From Raja brachyura (Eukaryota), in assembly GCA_963514005.1 (NCBI GenBank), contig OY740800.1, positions 24,862,001 through 24,926,000 on the forward strand: DNA of 64,000 bases, in the 5' to 3' direction. Positions within the stretch are counted from its first letter, which is position 1, and every line of letters starts with the position of its first letter. The notes beneath the pieces are model-generated. The model did not search any database, was not told where the DNA came from, and saw nothing but the letters and a program-made list of their open reading frames with translations. The position numbers and the translations under genes were made by a program. Shown here piece after piece: positions 25,146-37,281 of this stretch.

Positions 25146-27993
25146 GTTGTAAAAACAAGCCTGAAGGCTTTGTGTCACAATGCAAGGAGCATTCGTAATA
25201 AGGTGGATGAGTTGAAGGTGCAGATAGCTATTAATGACTATGATATAGTTGGGATCACGGTGACATGGCTCCAGGGTGACCAAGGCTGGGAGCTGAACAT
25301 CCAGGGATACTCAATATTCAGGATGGATAGACAGAAAGGTAAAGGAGGTGGGGTAGCGTTGCTGGTTAGAGAGGAGATTAACGCAATAGAAAGGAAGGAC
25401 ATTAGCTTGGAGGAGTGGAATCGATATGGGTGGAGCTGCGAAACGCTAAGGGGCAGAAAACACTAGTGGGAGTTGTGTACAGGCCACCTAACAGTAGTAG
25501 TGGAGTTGGGGATGGCATCAAACAGGAAATGGGTGAATTCAATCTACATATAGATTGGGTGAATCAAATTGGCAGGGGTGCCGAGGAAGAGGATTTCTTG
25601 GAATGTATGCCGGATAGTTTTCTAAACCAACATGTAGAGGAACCAACGAGAGAGCAGGCTATTTTAGACTGGGTATTGAGTAATGAGGAAGGGTTAGTTA
25701 GCAGTCTTGTTGTGTGTGGCCCCTTGGGCAAGAGTGACCATGATATGGTTGAGTTCTTCATTAGGATGGAGAGCGACATAATTAATTCAGAAACAAGGGT
25801 TCTGAATTTAAAGAAAGTTTAGCCAAGATAGACTGGCAATTCATTCTTAAAGAGTTGACAGTGGATGTCCAATGGAAGGCATTTAAAGACTGCATGGATG
25901 AACTACAACAATTGTTCATCCCAGTTTGGCAAAATAATAAATCAGGGAAGGTAGTGCATCTGTGGATAACAAGGGAAATCAGGGATAGTATCAAAACAAA
26001 AGATGAAGCATACAAATTAGCCAGTAAAGGCAACCTACCAGAGGACTGGGAGAAATTCAGAGTCCAGCAGAGGAGGACAAAGGGCTTAATTAGGAAAGGG
26101 AAAATAGATTATGAAAGAAAACTGGCAGGGAACACGAAGACTGACTTAAAAGTTTTTATAGATATGTGAAGAGAAAAAGATTAGTTAAAACAAATCTAGG
26201 TCCCTTGCAGTCAGAAGCAGGTGGATTGATCATGGGGAACAAGGACAATGCAGACTAATTGAATAACTACTTTGGTTCTGTCTTCACTAAGGAAGACATA
26301 AATAATCTGCCGGAAATAGCAGGGGACCGGGGGTCAAATAAGATGGAGGAACTGAGTGAAATCCAGGTTAGCCGGGAAGTAGTCTTGGGTAAATTGAATG
26401 GATTAAAGGCCAATAAATCCCCAGGGCCAGATAGGCTGCATCCCAGAGTACTCAAGGAAATAGCCACAGAAATAGTGGATGCATTAGTGATAATTTTTCA
26501 AAACTCTTTAGATTCTGGAGTAGTTCCTGAGCATTGGAGGGTAGCTAATGTAACCACACTTTTAAAAAAAGGAGGGAGAGAGAAAACGGGGAATTACAGA
26601 CCAATTCGTCTAACATCGGTAGTGGGGAACTGCTAGAGTCAGTTATTAAAGATGGGATAGCAGCGCATTGGGAAAGTGGTGAAATCATTGGACAAAGTCA
26701 ACATGGATTTACGAAAGGTAAATCATGTCCGACGAATCTTATAGAATTTTTCGAGGATGTAACTAGTAGAGTGGATAAGGGAGAACCAGTGGATGTGTTA
26801 TATCTGGACTTTCAGAAGGCTTTCGACAAGGTCCCACAAAACAGATTAGTATACAAACTTAAAGCACAACGTATTGGGGGTTCAGTATTGATGTGGATAG
26901 AGAATTGGCTGGCAGACAGGAAGCAATGGTTAGGAGTAAAGGGGTCCTTTTCAGAATGGCAGGCAGTGACTAGTGGGGTACCGCAAGGCTCAGTGCTGGG
27001 ACCCCAGCTATGTACAATATATATTAATGATTTGGACGAGGGAATTGAATGCAACATCTCCAAGTTTGCGGATGACCCGAAGCTGGGGGCAGTGTTAGGT
27101 GTGAGGAGGATGCTAGGAGGCTGCAAAGCAACTTGGATAGGCTGGGTGAGTGGGGCAAATGCATGGCAGATGCAGCATAATGTGGATAAATGTGAGGTTA
27201 TTCACTTTGGTGGCAAAAACAGGAGAGTAGATTATTATCTGAATGGTGGCCGATTAGGAAAAGGGGAGATGCAACAAGACCTGGGTGTCATGGTACACCA
27301 GTCATTGAACGTAGGCATGCAGGTGCAGCAGGCAGTGATGAAAGCGAATGGTATGTTAGCATTCATCGCAAAAGGATTTGAGTATAGGAGCAGGGAGGTT
27401 CTACTGCAGTTGTACAGGGTTTTGGTGAGACCACACCGGGAGTATTGCGTACAGTTTTGGTCTCCAAACCGGAGGAAAGACATTCTTGCCATAGAGGGGG
27501 TACAGAGAAGGTTCACCCGACTGATTCCTGGGATGTCAGGACTTTCATATGAGGAAAGACTGGATAGACTCAGCTTGTACTCGCTAGAATTTAGAAGTTT
27601 GAGGGGGGATCTTATAGAAACGTACAATGTTCTTGAGGGGTTGGACAGGCTAGATGCAGGAAGATTGTTCCCGATGTTGGGGAGGTCCAGAACAAGGGGT
27701 CACAGTTTAAGGATAAGGGGGAATTCCTTTAGGACCGAGATGAAGAAAACATTTTTCACATAGGGAGTGGTGAGTCTCTGGAATTCTCTGCCACAGAAGG
27801 TACTTGAGGCCAGTTCATTGGCTATATTTAAGAGGGAGTTAGATGTGGCCCTTGTGGCTAAAGGGATCAGGGGGTATGGAGAGAAGGCAGGTACAGGACA
27901 CCGAGTTGAATGATCAGCCATGATCATATTGAATGGCGGTGCAGGCTCGAAGGGCCGAATGGCCTACTCCTGCACCTATTTTCTATGTTTGTA
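25146..27993 (+). mobile_element. CR1 LINE with near-complete ORF2 (APE endonuclease plus RT), inactivated
   Basis: NARSIRNK..GITVTWL..GGGVAL, SDH, KSPGPD..HPRVLKE, NYRPI, LDFQKAFDKV, SGVPQGSVLGP and FADD motifs across 5 frames; premature TAG at 27761; intact 3' tail. Confidence 0.96.
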
Positions 27994-28742
27994 TGAACTG
28001 ATTGTGGACTTTGGAATGGGGAGGATGGGGACCCACAGTCCCGTTCATATCAACGGGTTGATGGTGGAAAGGGTCAAGAGCTTCAAATTCCTGGGCGTGC
28101 ATATCTCTGAAGATCTTTCCTGGTCCGAGACCACTGATGCATCATAATCAGCGCCTCTACTTCCTGAGAAGATTATGGCGTGTCAGTGTGTCAAGGAGGA
28201 TTCTCTCTAACTTCTACAGGCACACAGTGGAGAGCATGCTGACTGGTTGAATCGTGGCTTGGTTAGGAAACTTGAGCGCCTTAGTGCGGAAAAGACTACA
28301 AAAAGTGGTAAACACTGCCCAGTCCATCAAAGGCTCTGACCTCCCATCCATCGAGGGGATTTATCGCAGTCGCTGCCTCAAAAAAGCTGGCAGTGTCATC
28401 AAGGACCCACACCATCTGGACCACTCATCTCCCCACTACCTTCAGGTAGAAGGTACGGGAGCCTGAAGACTGCAACGAGGAGGTTCAGGATCAGCTTCTT
28501 CCCCACAGCCATCAGGCTACTAAACTCGGCTCGGGCAAAACTCTGAACATTAATAGTGCATTATCTGTTTATTTGCACTTTATCAGTTTAATTATTCATG
28601 CGTGTATATATTTATGCAATGGTATATGGACACACTGATCTGTTCAGTATTTGTGCCTACTATGTTCTGGTCTGCTAAAGCAAGGCAAGAATTTCATTGT
28701 CCTATCAGGGACACATGACAATAAAACTCACTTGATCTTGAG
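27994..28742 (+). mobile_element. Rex1/Babar LINE 3' part
   Basis: ELIVDF..VERVKSFKFLGVHISEDLSW, RKRLQKVVNTAQSI..LPSIE..RCLKKA..IKDP and FFPTAIRLLN peptides; tail aatttcattgtc...catgacaataaa. Confidence 0.9.
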
Positions 28743-30462
28743 ATACAAAAACGAGAAAGTACAACAAAAATGCTGCGATATTAGAATTTAAAAAACCGTG
28801 TCAAGGAGGATGAATAATCTTGGGCTCTTTAGAAAATGAAATGGTGACCTAATAAAGGCTACTAAGAATAAGAAGGGGTTGACAGGGTAGATGTAGGAAT
28901 GTTTCTACTCAACCACAAACATAAGCGTATCAAAGTTTGAAGAAGGGTCCTGACCTGATGTGTTGTCCGTCCATTTGTTACCCTCCCTCCCCCCCCCCCC
29001 CCCCCCCCCCCCCCCCCACCCAGATGCTGCCTGACCCACTGTGTTCCTCCAACATTTTGGCTTTTGCACAAGATCCCAGCATCTGCAGACTCTTGTACCT
29101 CCATATAAACAACCAAGTAATCCATGAATCCAACGTCTTTACCTGGATAACCATTGTGAGGTGGAACTTGATGTTATGTGGACAACTAGTGGCAAAATAA
29201 ATGAAGAAGTATTTCAAAGAAAGCTTGACGGTGCAAGTAATGAAGAATGCGCCGAGGAACTGTGAAGTAGGTCGAGGGAGATTTCTGTGGTGAACAAATA
29301 TAAGTACTGAACAGTTAGGCTGAACAACCTGTTTAGGTGCTGTTAATTCCAAGCAATTCTCCCCTATATTTAACAAAACATATTTTTAACTCTATGACCC
29401 TTCCTTCTTTCAATCGATGTCAACACATAACACAGAATTTGAAAGATCATTACTTTTTACTCGCATGGGGGCATCAATACGGGTCTTTGGTGGAATTGTT
29501 CTTTACAAACATCACTTGAATGGCAGCATTCTTGGCTTCGACTCAAGAGGTCATGCCTTCAAGTGTAACTACACAAGTTAAAAACGTAACCTCCACAATG
29601 TTAATGCAGTAGCCAAATGTCAACTTTTGAATGTGACTGAAGCATGAGAAAGCCTGCCAATGAGAACATAATATTAAGGCAGTACATTTTGCCCAAATAA
29701 AAGCTATTAATCTCCAAGAAACCCAGTGCACACAAAATGCTTCAAGGCATTTTAGACAAATGATGGAGCATTTTTATAAGTCTTTCTTTCATTAGGTTTG
29801 TGAGATTGAAAGGCAGCCAACAGTGAAAGCACCCAGATGCTATTTCAATGGCTGCCTTTATACTGCAGATCAGATCAGAGCAGCAAGCTGACAGAACCAC
29901 CCTTATACAATTGTTCCATAAATTGGTCTTCTATTCCACAACAGCCATCTAAAACAATGGCGTTGGTGTGACTGCCGTGGACAAGAAATGCCTGTGACAT
30001 TCGAGGACTAATATGCAAACGGGAATTACACAACACAAGAGAACATCTTCAGGATAAACATTGCACATGTGAGAGATGATGGCTCAGTGAAATCGCTGGG
30101 GGGGGGGGGGGGGGGGAGAATTCCATCAAGACTCCGAGAGAATGATCTCCCGATCTGTTCACCAGCTGGACCTGCGGTGGGAAACCTATCAGTCATTTGC
30201 AGCCATTGCCTGTTAATTCAGAAAACACCAACCCTTACAGACTCCGCTTCCTAGCAAGATGCTTGAAGCCCAATCTTGTCATGGCCAACATTTTGTTTCA
30301 CCAGATTGACAAACAAAAGCAATAAACCCAATAAGTTTCCAGCTTTTGCTCTTCCTTCCATCTTGAACATGGGACAAGTGAAATCCATTTTATACTACTG
30401 CTATCTTGTACCTTCTAGATCGCTTTAAGTCAGCAGGTGAATTACTTGCCACAGAATACCAA

Positions 30463-30662
30463 NNNNNNNNNNNNNNNNNNNNNNNNNNNNNNNNNNNNNN
30501 NNNNNNNNNNNNNNNNNNNNNNNNNNNNNNNNNNNNNNNNNNNNNNNNNNNNNNNNNNNNNNNNNNNNNNNNNNNNNNNNNNNNNNNNNNNNNNNNNNNN
30601 NNNNNNNNNNNNNNNNNNNNNNNNNNNNNNNNNNNNNNNNNNNNNNNNNNNNNNNNNNNNNN
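30463..30662. other. Assembly gap (200 N)
   Basis: Run of exactly 200 N; the true distance and orientation across it are unknown. Confidence 1.
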
Positions 30663-30731
30663 GCAAATCCACCTACATACCCTCTCCCCCATATACTCCC
30701 TCTCCAGGCACCCCATCCTTATGTACCAGCT

Positions 30732-30884
30732 GTTTAAGAAGGGCTGCAGATGCTGGAAATCGAAGGTAGACAAAAGTGCTGGAGAAACCCAGCGGGTGAG
30801 GCAGCATCTATGGAGCGAAGGAAATATTTCCTTCGCTCCATAGATGCTGCCTCACCCGCTGAGTTTCTCCAGCATTTTTGTCTA
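30732..30884. mobile_element. Palindromic Penelope-terminal cassette with about 15-bp TSD
   Basis: aggtagacaaaagtgctggagaaacccagcgggtgaggcagcatctatggagcgaaggaaat is mirrored almost perfectly; flanks ccttatgtaccagct / ccttgtgtaccatct. Confidence 0.8.
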
Positions 30885-31235
30885 CCTTGTGTACCATCTC
30901 CTCACTTACCACCCTCCCCACTTACTCCCCTCTCCATGTACCCCCCTCTCTCCCACAACACTCCCCACGCATCCCTTCCCTCCGTACCTCCTCCCCATCC
31001 CTCCACAGTTAGGGTTGAACCCGGGTCTCTGACTCTGTAAGGCAGCATCACTACCACTGTGCCATTCTCGTTCCCCCAGTCCCCAAAGTACCCGCCCCTG
31101 CCAAATACCCTCTCAACATCCATTCTCATCCGCCCCCCAATTACTTCATTGGTTTTATAGCCCCATTGGACATCTGAAGATTATGCAAAATACAACGGAA
31201 ATGTCTATTTGTTGCTTGTTTTGCTGTGCTTCCTC

Positions 31236-31249
31236 CTGCCCTCTGGTGG
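31236..31249 (-). promoter_or_regulatory. Candidate CTCF site
   Basis: CCACCAGAGGGCAG on the minus strand, close to the CTCF core consensus, in non-repeat sequence. Confidence 0.5.
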
Positions 31250-31309
31250 ACTATATAATGCTGCTGAAATGGAAGTCAATATCTGTAACTCATTACCCAA
31301 ATATAGAAC

Positions 31310-31890
31310 TTTGGGTTCGGTGGCACTTGGAGTATTGTGTGCAAATCTGGTTTTCCCATTAGAGGAAGGATGTGGAGAAGGATGTAGACATCAAATAAAG
31401 GTGTTCTTGAAGAAGAAGGTTCCAGAGAATGATCACTGCTTTGGAGGGTGCCTTCTGAGAAAATATTCGTGAAAAGGCTGGGACTCTAATCTTTGGAGCG
31501 CAGGAGGATGAGGGGAATCTTATAGAGGTGTATAAAATCATGAGAGGAATAGATCAGGTGGATGCACAGAGGTCTCTTTCCCAGAGTAGGGAATCGAGAA
31601 CCAGTGGACAAAGGTTTAAGGTGACGGGGGAAAGATTTAATAGGAATCTGAGGGGTAACATTTTCACACTAAAGGGGTGGTGGGTGTATGGAGCGAGCTG
31701 GCCAGAGGAGATAGATGAGACATGGACTATCGCAACATTTAAGAAACAATTAGACAGGTACTGTACGTGGATAGGACAGGCTTCGAGGGATATGGGCCAA
31801 ATGTAGGCAGGTGAGACTAGTGTAGATGGGATGTGGTTGGTGTGGGTAAGTTGAGCTGAAGGGCCTGATCCACGCTGTATGACTCGATAA
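31310..31890 (+). mobile_element. CR1 3' fragment
   Basis: LEYCVQIW and YKIMRGIDQVDAQ peptides plus 3' tail. Confidence 0.85.
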
Positions 31891-31924
31891 AATTGGACAT
31901 GCTCACTGCAGTTTACAGTAGTGT

Positions 31925-32250
31925 GTCGACACAGTGGCGTAGCTGGTACAGCAGCTGCCTCACAGCACCAGACACCTAGGTTACTTCCTGACATCGGGTG
32001 ATCTCTGTGTGGAGTTTGCACGTTCTCCCCTTGACCGCATGAGTTTCCTACTGGTGCTCAGTTTTCTCCCAGGTCCCAAAGATGTGTGGGTTTGGCCCTC
32101 TCCAAATTGCCCCTCGTGTGTATGGAATGGATGAGAAAGTGGGATAACATAGAACTTATATAAACGGGTAATCGATGATCGCTGTGGACTCTGTGGGCAG
32201 AAGGGCCAGTTTCCATGCTGTACCCATGCTGTATCTCTGAACTAATACCT
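31925..32250 (+). mobile_element. HE1-like V-SINE
   Basis: Head, core gtgtggagtttgcacgttctcccc and CR1-derived tail. Confidence 0.8.
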
Positions 32251-32574
32251 AAACTACAGGCGAGGGATTATTGCATCAAATCATTCATAATTCCGAGGAA
32301 GATTGACAGAATAGAGGCTATGGAGATATGGCCACTGATAAAGGTATCTAAAAACAAGGAGGCAAAATCTTAAAACGATGGGATTTCCATTGTAGCCATA
32401 GTCGTACAGCACGGAAACAGTCCGGACTTTTCTGGACTTTATCTTCTACTAAACATTATTCGCTTTATCCTGTATCTGTACACTATGGGCGGCTTGAGTG
32501 TAATCATGTGTAACACACAGCAAAAATCTTTTCACTGTACCTCCATACACGTGACAATAAACTAATCTAAAAGA

Positions 32575-32982
32575 CAATAACCAATCTTGTCTCCCTGTGG
32601 CTCAGCACTTCAACTCCCCCTCCCATTCCGAATCCAACCTTTCTGTCCTGGGCCTCCTCCATGGCCAGTGTGAGGACCACCGTAAATTGGAGGAGCAGCA
32701 CCTCATATTCCGCTTGGGCAGTTTGCACCCCAGCGGTATGAACATCTCTAATTTCAGGTAGTCCCTACTTTCTCCTCCCCTTCTCGGCTCTCCCTCAGCC
32801 CATTGTTTCTGCCTCTTCCTTTCTTCTTCCCGCTCCCCCCACCCTCACATCAGTCTGAAGAAGGGTCTCGACCCGAAACGTTGACTATTTCCTTCGCTCC
32901 ATAGATGCTGCCTCACCCACTGAGTTTCTCCAGCATTTTTGTCTACCTTCAATTTTCCAGCATCTGCAGTTCCTTCTTAAAC
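32575..32982 (+). mobile_element. Penelope-like 3' end (GIY-YIG C-terminus plus terminal repeat)
   Basis: PVAQHFNSPSHS..LSVLGLLHGQ..HRKLEEQHLIFRLGSLHPSGMNI, followed by the hammerhead-bearing repeat. Confidence 0.88.
32852..32886 (+). ncRNA. Minimal type I hammerhead-ribozyme-like motif (representative copy)
   Basis: AGT-CTGAAGA-A-GGGT(CTCG)ACCC-GAAA-CG-TT-GACT: CUGANGA and GAAA core boxes, 4-bp stem II with tetraloop and palindromic stem III, as known for Penelope-associated hammerheads; stem I is weak. Confidence 0.6.
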
Positions 32983-33564
32983 ATAAAAGATGCCCCATAT
33001 ATGTTAGTCCCATGAGTGTTTGGCTCATATCCCTCCAAACCTTTCCTATCCATGTCCAAATGTCTTTTATTGTTTCAAGATGGAGGTGGTGTACTGTAAG
33101 GGTTAAACAGACCGTAGCAACTAAAATGGAGTTGTCAGCTAACAACCATATGCAAGCTTTTCAGCTGAATTAGCAGCACCATTTGTTACGGAAGCAAGCT
33201 CACTTAAAAATAACAATAAGACGTTTGAGAAACTGCTTGGGCTAACTCAGAAGAACTAGTACATCATGCGGCCACCGACAAGGTCACAGAGATAAACGTA
33301 CCTCTCAGAGACATCTGAGACTAGCTCTGTGCCAGATGAGAGAACTAACTTGTTTTCGACACTAAGGAGGATACATAGTTTTAAACATAGCTCATTGGTA
33401 TTATTAGATTTGGGAAGAAACTCTGGCTTTTAAGATCAAAAATGCCTGCTACACATGCACTATCACATCTTTTAAGACACATTTAGACAGGTACATGGAT
33501 AGGATAGACCATTGTGGGCTCCACGTTTCCTTGGTCATCGATTTGTTCTGAAGCTCATCATGCC

Positions 33565-33845
33565 TCCAGCATGGAAACAGGCCCTTTGGCTCACAAAGTC
33601 CGTGCCAATCAGCAATCACCGATGGACTAGTTCTAACCTACACACTAGGAACAATGTACAGAAGTCACTTACCTGTAAACGTGTACGTCTTTGGAACATA
33701 GGAGGAAACTGGACCACCTGGAGAAAACCCGCGCGGTCACAGAGAGAACGTTCAAACTCCGTACAGACAGCACCCGTAGTCAGGATCGAACCTGGGTCTC
33801 TGGCGCTGTGAGGCAACAACTCTACCAGCTGTGCCACTGTGCCGC
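33565..33845 (-). mobile_element. HE1-like V-SINE
   Basis: ggatcgaacctgggtctctggcgctgtgaggcaacaactctacc head on the minus strand. Confidence 0.85.
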
Positions 33846-34114
33846 TCCATAGGCTACAATATGAGGAGTTGGGGCGTGTTGGTCGGTGGGGGCAAGTTGG
33901 GCCGAAGAGCCTGTTTCCACGCTCTACACGCTCACGGGACTTCAACTCAGTCTGATGTTACGGAGTGGCACCAGGACGCACAGCTTTATGAAAAATCTCC
34001 AGCCCCAACAGTTACATTGAGATTCTGACAAGGATTTGAAGTTGCAACTTTTGGAGTTGAAGGACGTGTGAGACTCGTTGTTTATTTGCCATTTGCCAGA
34101 AGAGGCATAGCTCT

Positions 34115-34445
34115 TCTTCTCCCCTCTCCCATCTGACAAGAGGTACAGAAGTGTGAAAATACACACACCTCCAGATTCAGGGACAGTTTTTTCCCCAGCA
34201 GTTATCAGGCAATGGAACCATTCTATCACCAACTAGAGAGCGAGCGGTCCTGATCTTCCATCTACCCCATTGGAGACCCTCAGACTACCTTTAATCTGAC
34301 TTTACTGGACTTTATCCTGCATCTGTGCACTGTGGACGGCTTGATTATAATCATGCGTAGTCTTTTCACTGACTGGATAGCATGCAACAAAAAAGCTTTT
34401 CGCTGTGCCTCTCTACACAAAACAATAATAAACTAAACTATCTCT
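34115..34445 (+). mobile_element. Rex1/Babar 3' tail
   Basis: PLPSDKRYRSVK..RFRDSF..AVIRQ remnant and aaaagcttttcgctgt...aataaa tail. Confidence 0.7.
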
Positions 34446-34924
34446 AAACTAACCTCAAAGTTGTAATTGTGCAGTGGACAGTGTAATATTGGGCTGTTCA
34501 GTAACTTTAGAGCATGGAGTGAGTTTTTAAGTTTCAGACTGCAGTTTAGAACGATCAAGGTATATGCCAACAGCTTTCTTGCTCCTTTTCAGATTGATCA
34601 TGAAGGTTATTTGGAGGTTACTGGCTTCTGTGTCAAGTACTTACTGTTCTGTGTCCGACACGCTGCAAATGATGCATATTCTGTTTGAAAAGTCATGGGA
34701 TGTGGACCAACATCGTGAACCTCCCTGGTTTTCCCAGAGAAACTGGCAATGAGTCATAACAACCCTGCTCCCATGATGAGAAACAAAAGTTTTTGTTACT
34801 TTGGCATTCATAAATCAGGGTATTACGTATAAGTCATGGTATTTGGTCTAAAGAAGGGTCCCGAAAGAGATGCTGCCTGAATCGCTGAGTTACTCCAGCA
34901 TTTTTTGTCTATATTAAGTATAGA

Positions 34925-35480
34925 TGTTACAATACAGTTGTACAAGACATTTGGAGTACTGTGTTCAATTTTGGTCACCCTACTGTCAGAAAGATGCCGT
35001 TAAGCTGGAAAGAATGCTGAGAAGATTTATGAGGATGTTGCCAGGACTCGAGGGCCCGAGCTATAGGGAGAAGTTAGGCAGGTTAGGACTTTATTCCTTG
35101 GAGCACAAGAGGATGAGGGGTGATCTTACAGAAGTGTACAAAATCATGAGAGGGATAGGGTGAATGCACAGAGTCTTTTGCCCAGAGAAGAGGGATCAAA
35201 AACCAGAATTTGATTTAAGGTGAGAGGGGCAAGATTCAATAGGAACATGCGTGGCAACGTTTTCACTCAGAGGGTGGTGGGTGTATGGAACAACGTGCCA
35301 GAGGAGGTAGTTGTGGCAGGTACTATAACAATATTTTAAAAAAACATTTGGATAGGTGCATGGATAGGAGAGGTTTGGGGTATATGGACCTGCTGTGGGC
35401 AAATACGATTAACTTTGATGGTACATCTTGGTCGGCAAGTACGAGTTGGGCAGAAGGACTTGTTTTCATCCTGTATGACT
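34925..35480 (+). mobile_element. CR1 3' fragment
   Basis: HLEYCVQFWSPY..KLER..RRFMRMLPGLEGPSYREKLGRLGLYSLE peptide. Confidence 0.88.
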
Positions 35481-35584
35481 ATAACCGAGTGCCTGATTGA
35501 GGTAGTTAGGAATCACCCACATTGTTGCAGTTCTGCAGACAAGTTCAGAGAGGGATTGGAGAACTATCGGTCAACCATGGGGAT

Positions 35585-35885
35585 CATAGTGATGCCGTGG
35601 TAGAGTTGCTGCCTTACAACGCCAGAGACCCCGGTTCGATCCTGACTCTGGGTGCTGTTTGTACGGAGTTTGTAAGTTCTCCCTGTGACCACATGGGTTT
35701 TTCTAGGTTCTCCGGTTTCCTCCCACATTCCAAAGAAGTACAGGTTTGAAGGTCAATAGGCTTCGGGAAAATTGTAAATTTTCTCCAGTGTGTAGGATAG
35801 TGCTAATGTACGGGATGATCGTTGGTCGGCACGGACTCAGTGGGCCGAAGGGCCTGTTTCCACACTTTATCTCTAAAGTCTAAAG
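35585..35885 (+). mobile_element. HE1-like V-SINE, full length
   Basis: ggtagagttgctgccttacaacgccagagaccccggttcgatcc...gggccgaagggcctgtttcc. Confidence 0.88.
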
Positions 35886-36209
35886 TTTTAATGACAAAAC
35901 TTTTAAAATGTCCTTCTACAAACATTACCAGACTTGTTCCATAAACAAACAAATCAAAATGCCATTGGTCGTTTGTGTTATAAAGATAGACTCTTGGTGT
36001 TTATTTTGAGAAAATGACAAATTCAAGGTGATCTCAGCAGTGAGCAGAACCCGCAGCACAACTTGAACCTTTTATAAATATTTGGCATTACTACAACCCT
36101 AACAGTAAGTTATGTTATTGTTGACTCTGGCTGACTCTCTGCTGGGGAGTGTTTCTTCTTGACATATGGGTATTGGTTTATTAGTCATGTTTAAATTTAG
36201 TTTTCTTTA

Positions 36210-36510
36210 ATTTGGAGATACAGCATGGAAACAGGCCCTTCGGCCCACCAAGGCCACGCCAACCATTGATCACCAGTTCACACCAGATCTGTTATCCCAC
36301 TTTCAACCACTTGCTGCACACTTGGGGTAATTTACAGAGGGCCAATTAACCTACAAACTCGCATGTGGGAGGAAACCGGAGCACCCGGAGGAAACTGACG
36401 CAGTCTTGTGAAGAATGTGCAAACTTCACACACAGGCAGCTCAGTAGGGCAGGATTGAACCGGGGTCGCTGGTGCTGTGCGGCAGCAGCTCTACCAGCTG
36501 TGCCACCCTT
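36210..36510 (-). mobile_element. HE1-like V-SINE
   Basis: Same head, core and tail on the minus strand. Confidence 0.85.
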
Positions 36511-36934
36511 GCTGCGTGTTGAGTTTGCTGCCATCTGGTGTAGGTCTAACTATGTTCAATTTATTGTCGAATAGAGTTTATTGCCATTCGTTCAAGTACA
36601 GTGAGATACAGGTACAATGAAAATCTTGCTTGCAGCAGCAGCACAGACACACACACACACACAAATGCATATACTACACGCCTAAAATTCTGAAAGAAAT
36701 AAGTCTGTATCAAAAATACATTTGTGTAAAAACATAATTAGAAAATAAAACAAGTCCGTGGAAGTGCAAGAGGTGGTCCACAGTGTTTTGTTGTTGAGGT
36801 AAGTTTGGTTCAAGAAGCTGTAGGAAAGTAAGAAAGAGGATTTTATTTCTGACAAAAATAGAACTGCAATGTAAATAGAATATTTCCTTCAATGTGTTGA
36901 CGACATTGAAAATTTGAATTTTTAGGAGCCAGGA

Positions 36935-37215
36935 CATGGTACTGTTAACATATCGACAGAGCCAGAGACCCGGGTCTGATCCTGACCTTGGGTGCTGTCT
37001 GTGTGGAGTTTGTATGTTTCTCCCTCTGACCGCGTGGCTTTCCTCTGGGTGCTCCAGTTCCCTCCCACATCCCAAAGACGTGTGTGTTTGTCGGTTAATT
37101 GGCCCTTTATAAATTGGCCCGAGTGTGCAGGGAGCGGATGCAAAAGTGGGATAACATCGAACTAGTGTGAACGGGTGATCGATGGTCGGCAGGGATTTGG
37201 TTCCATGCTCCTGCA
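36935..37215 (+). mobile_element. HE1-like V-SINE
   Basis: gccagagacccgggtctgatcc head and V core. Confidence 0.82.
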
Positions 37216-37281
37216 CTAAAAAAAATTGGCAATGGTAAAACATGGAACTGAGAGAAATGCCAGGACTGAAACATATCCTCG

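Noticed and set aside
26771-27763. 330-aa reverse transcriptase as an active gene
   Set aside because: Fragment of a CR1 ORF2 with upstream frameshifts, an internal frameshifted patch and a premature stop
30390-30843. ORFs spanning the X run
   Set aside because: Artefacts of the 200-N gap
35585-35650. tRNA gene-like A/B boxes (also at other SINE heads)
   Set aside because: These are heads of HE1-like SINEs continuing into SINE core and tail; no full cloverleaf
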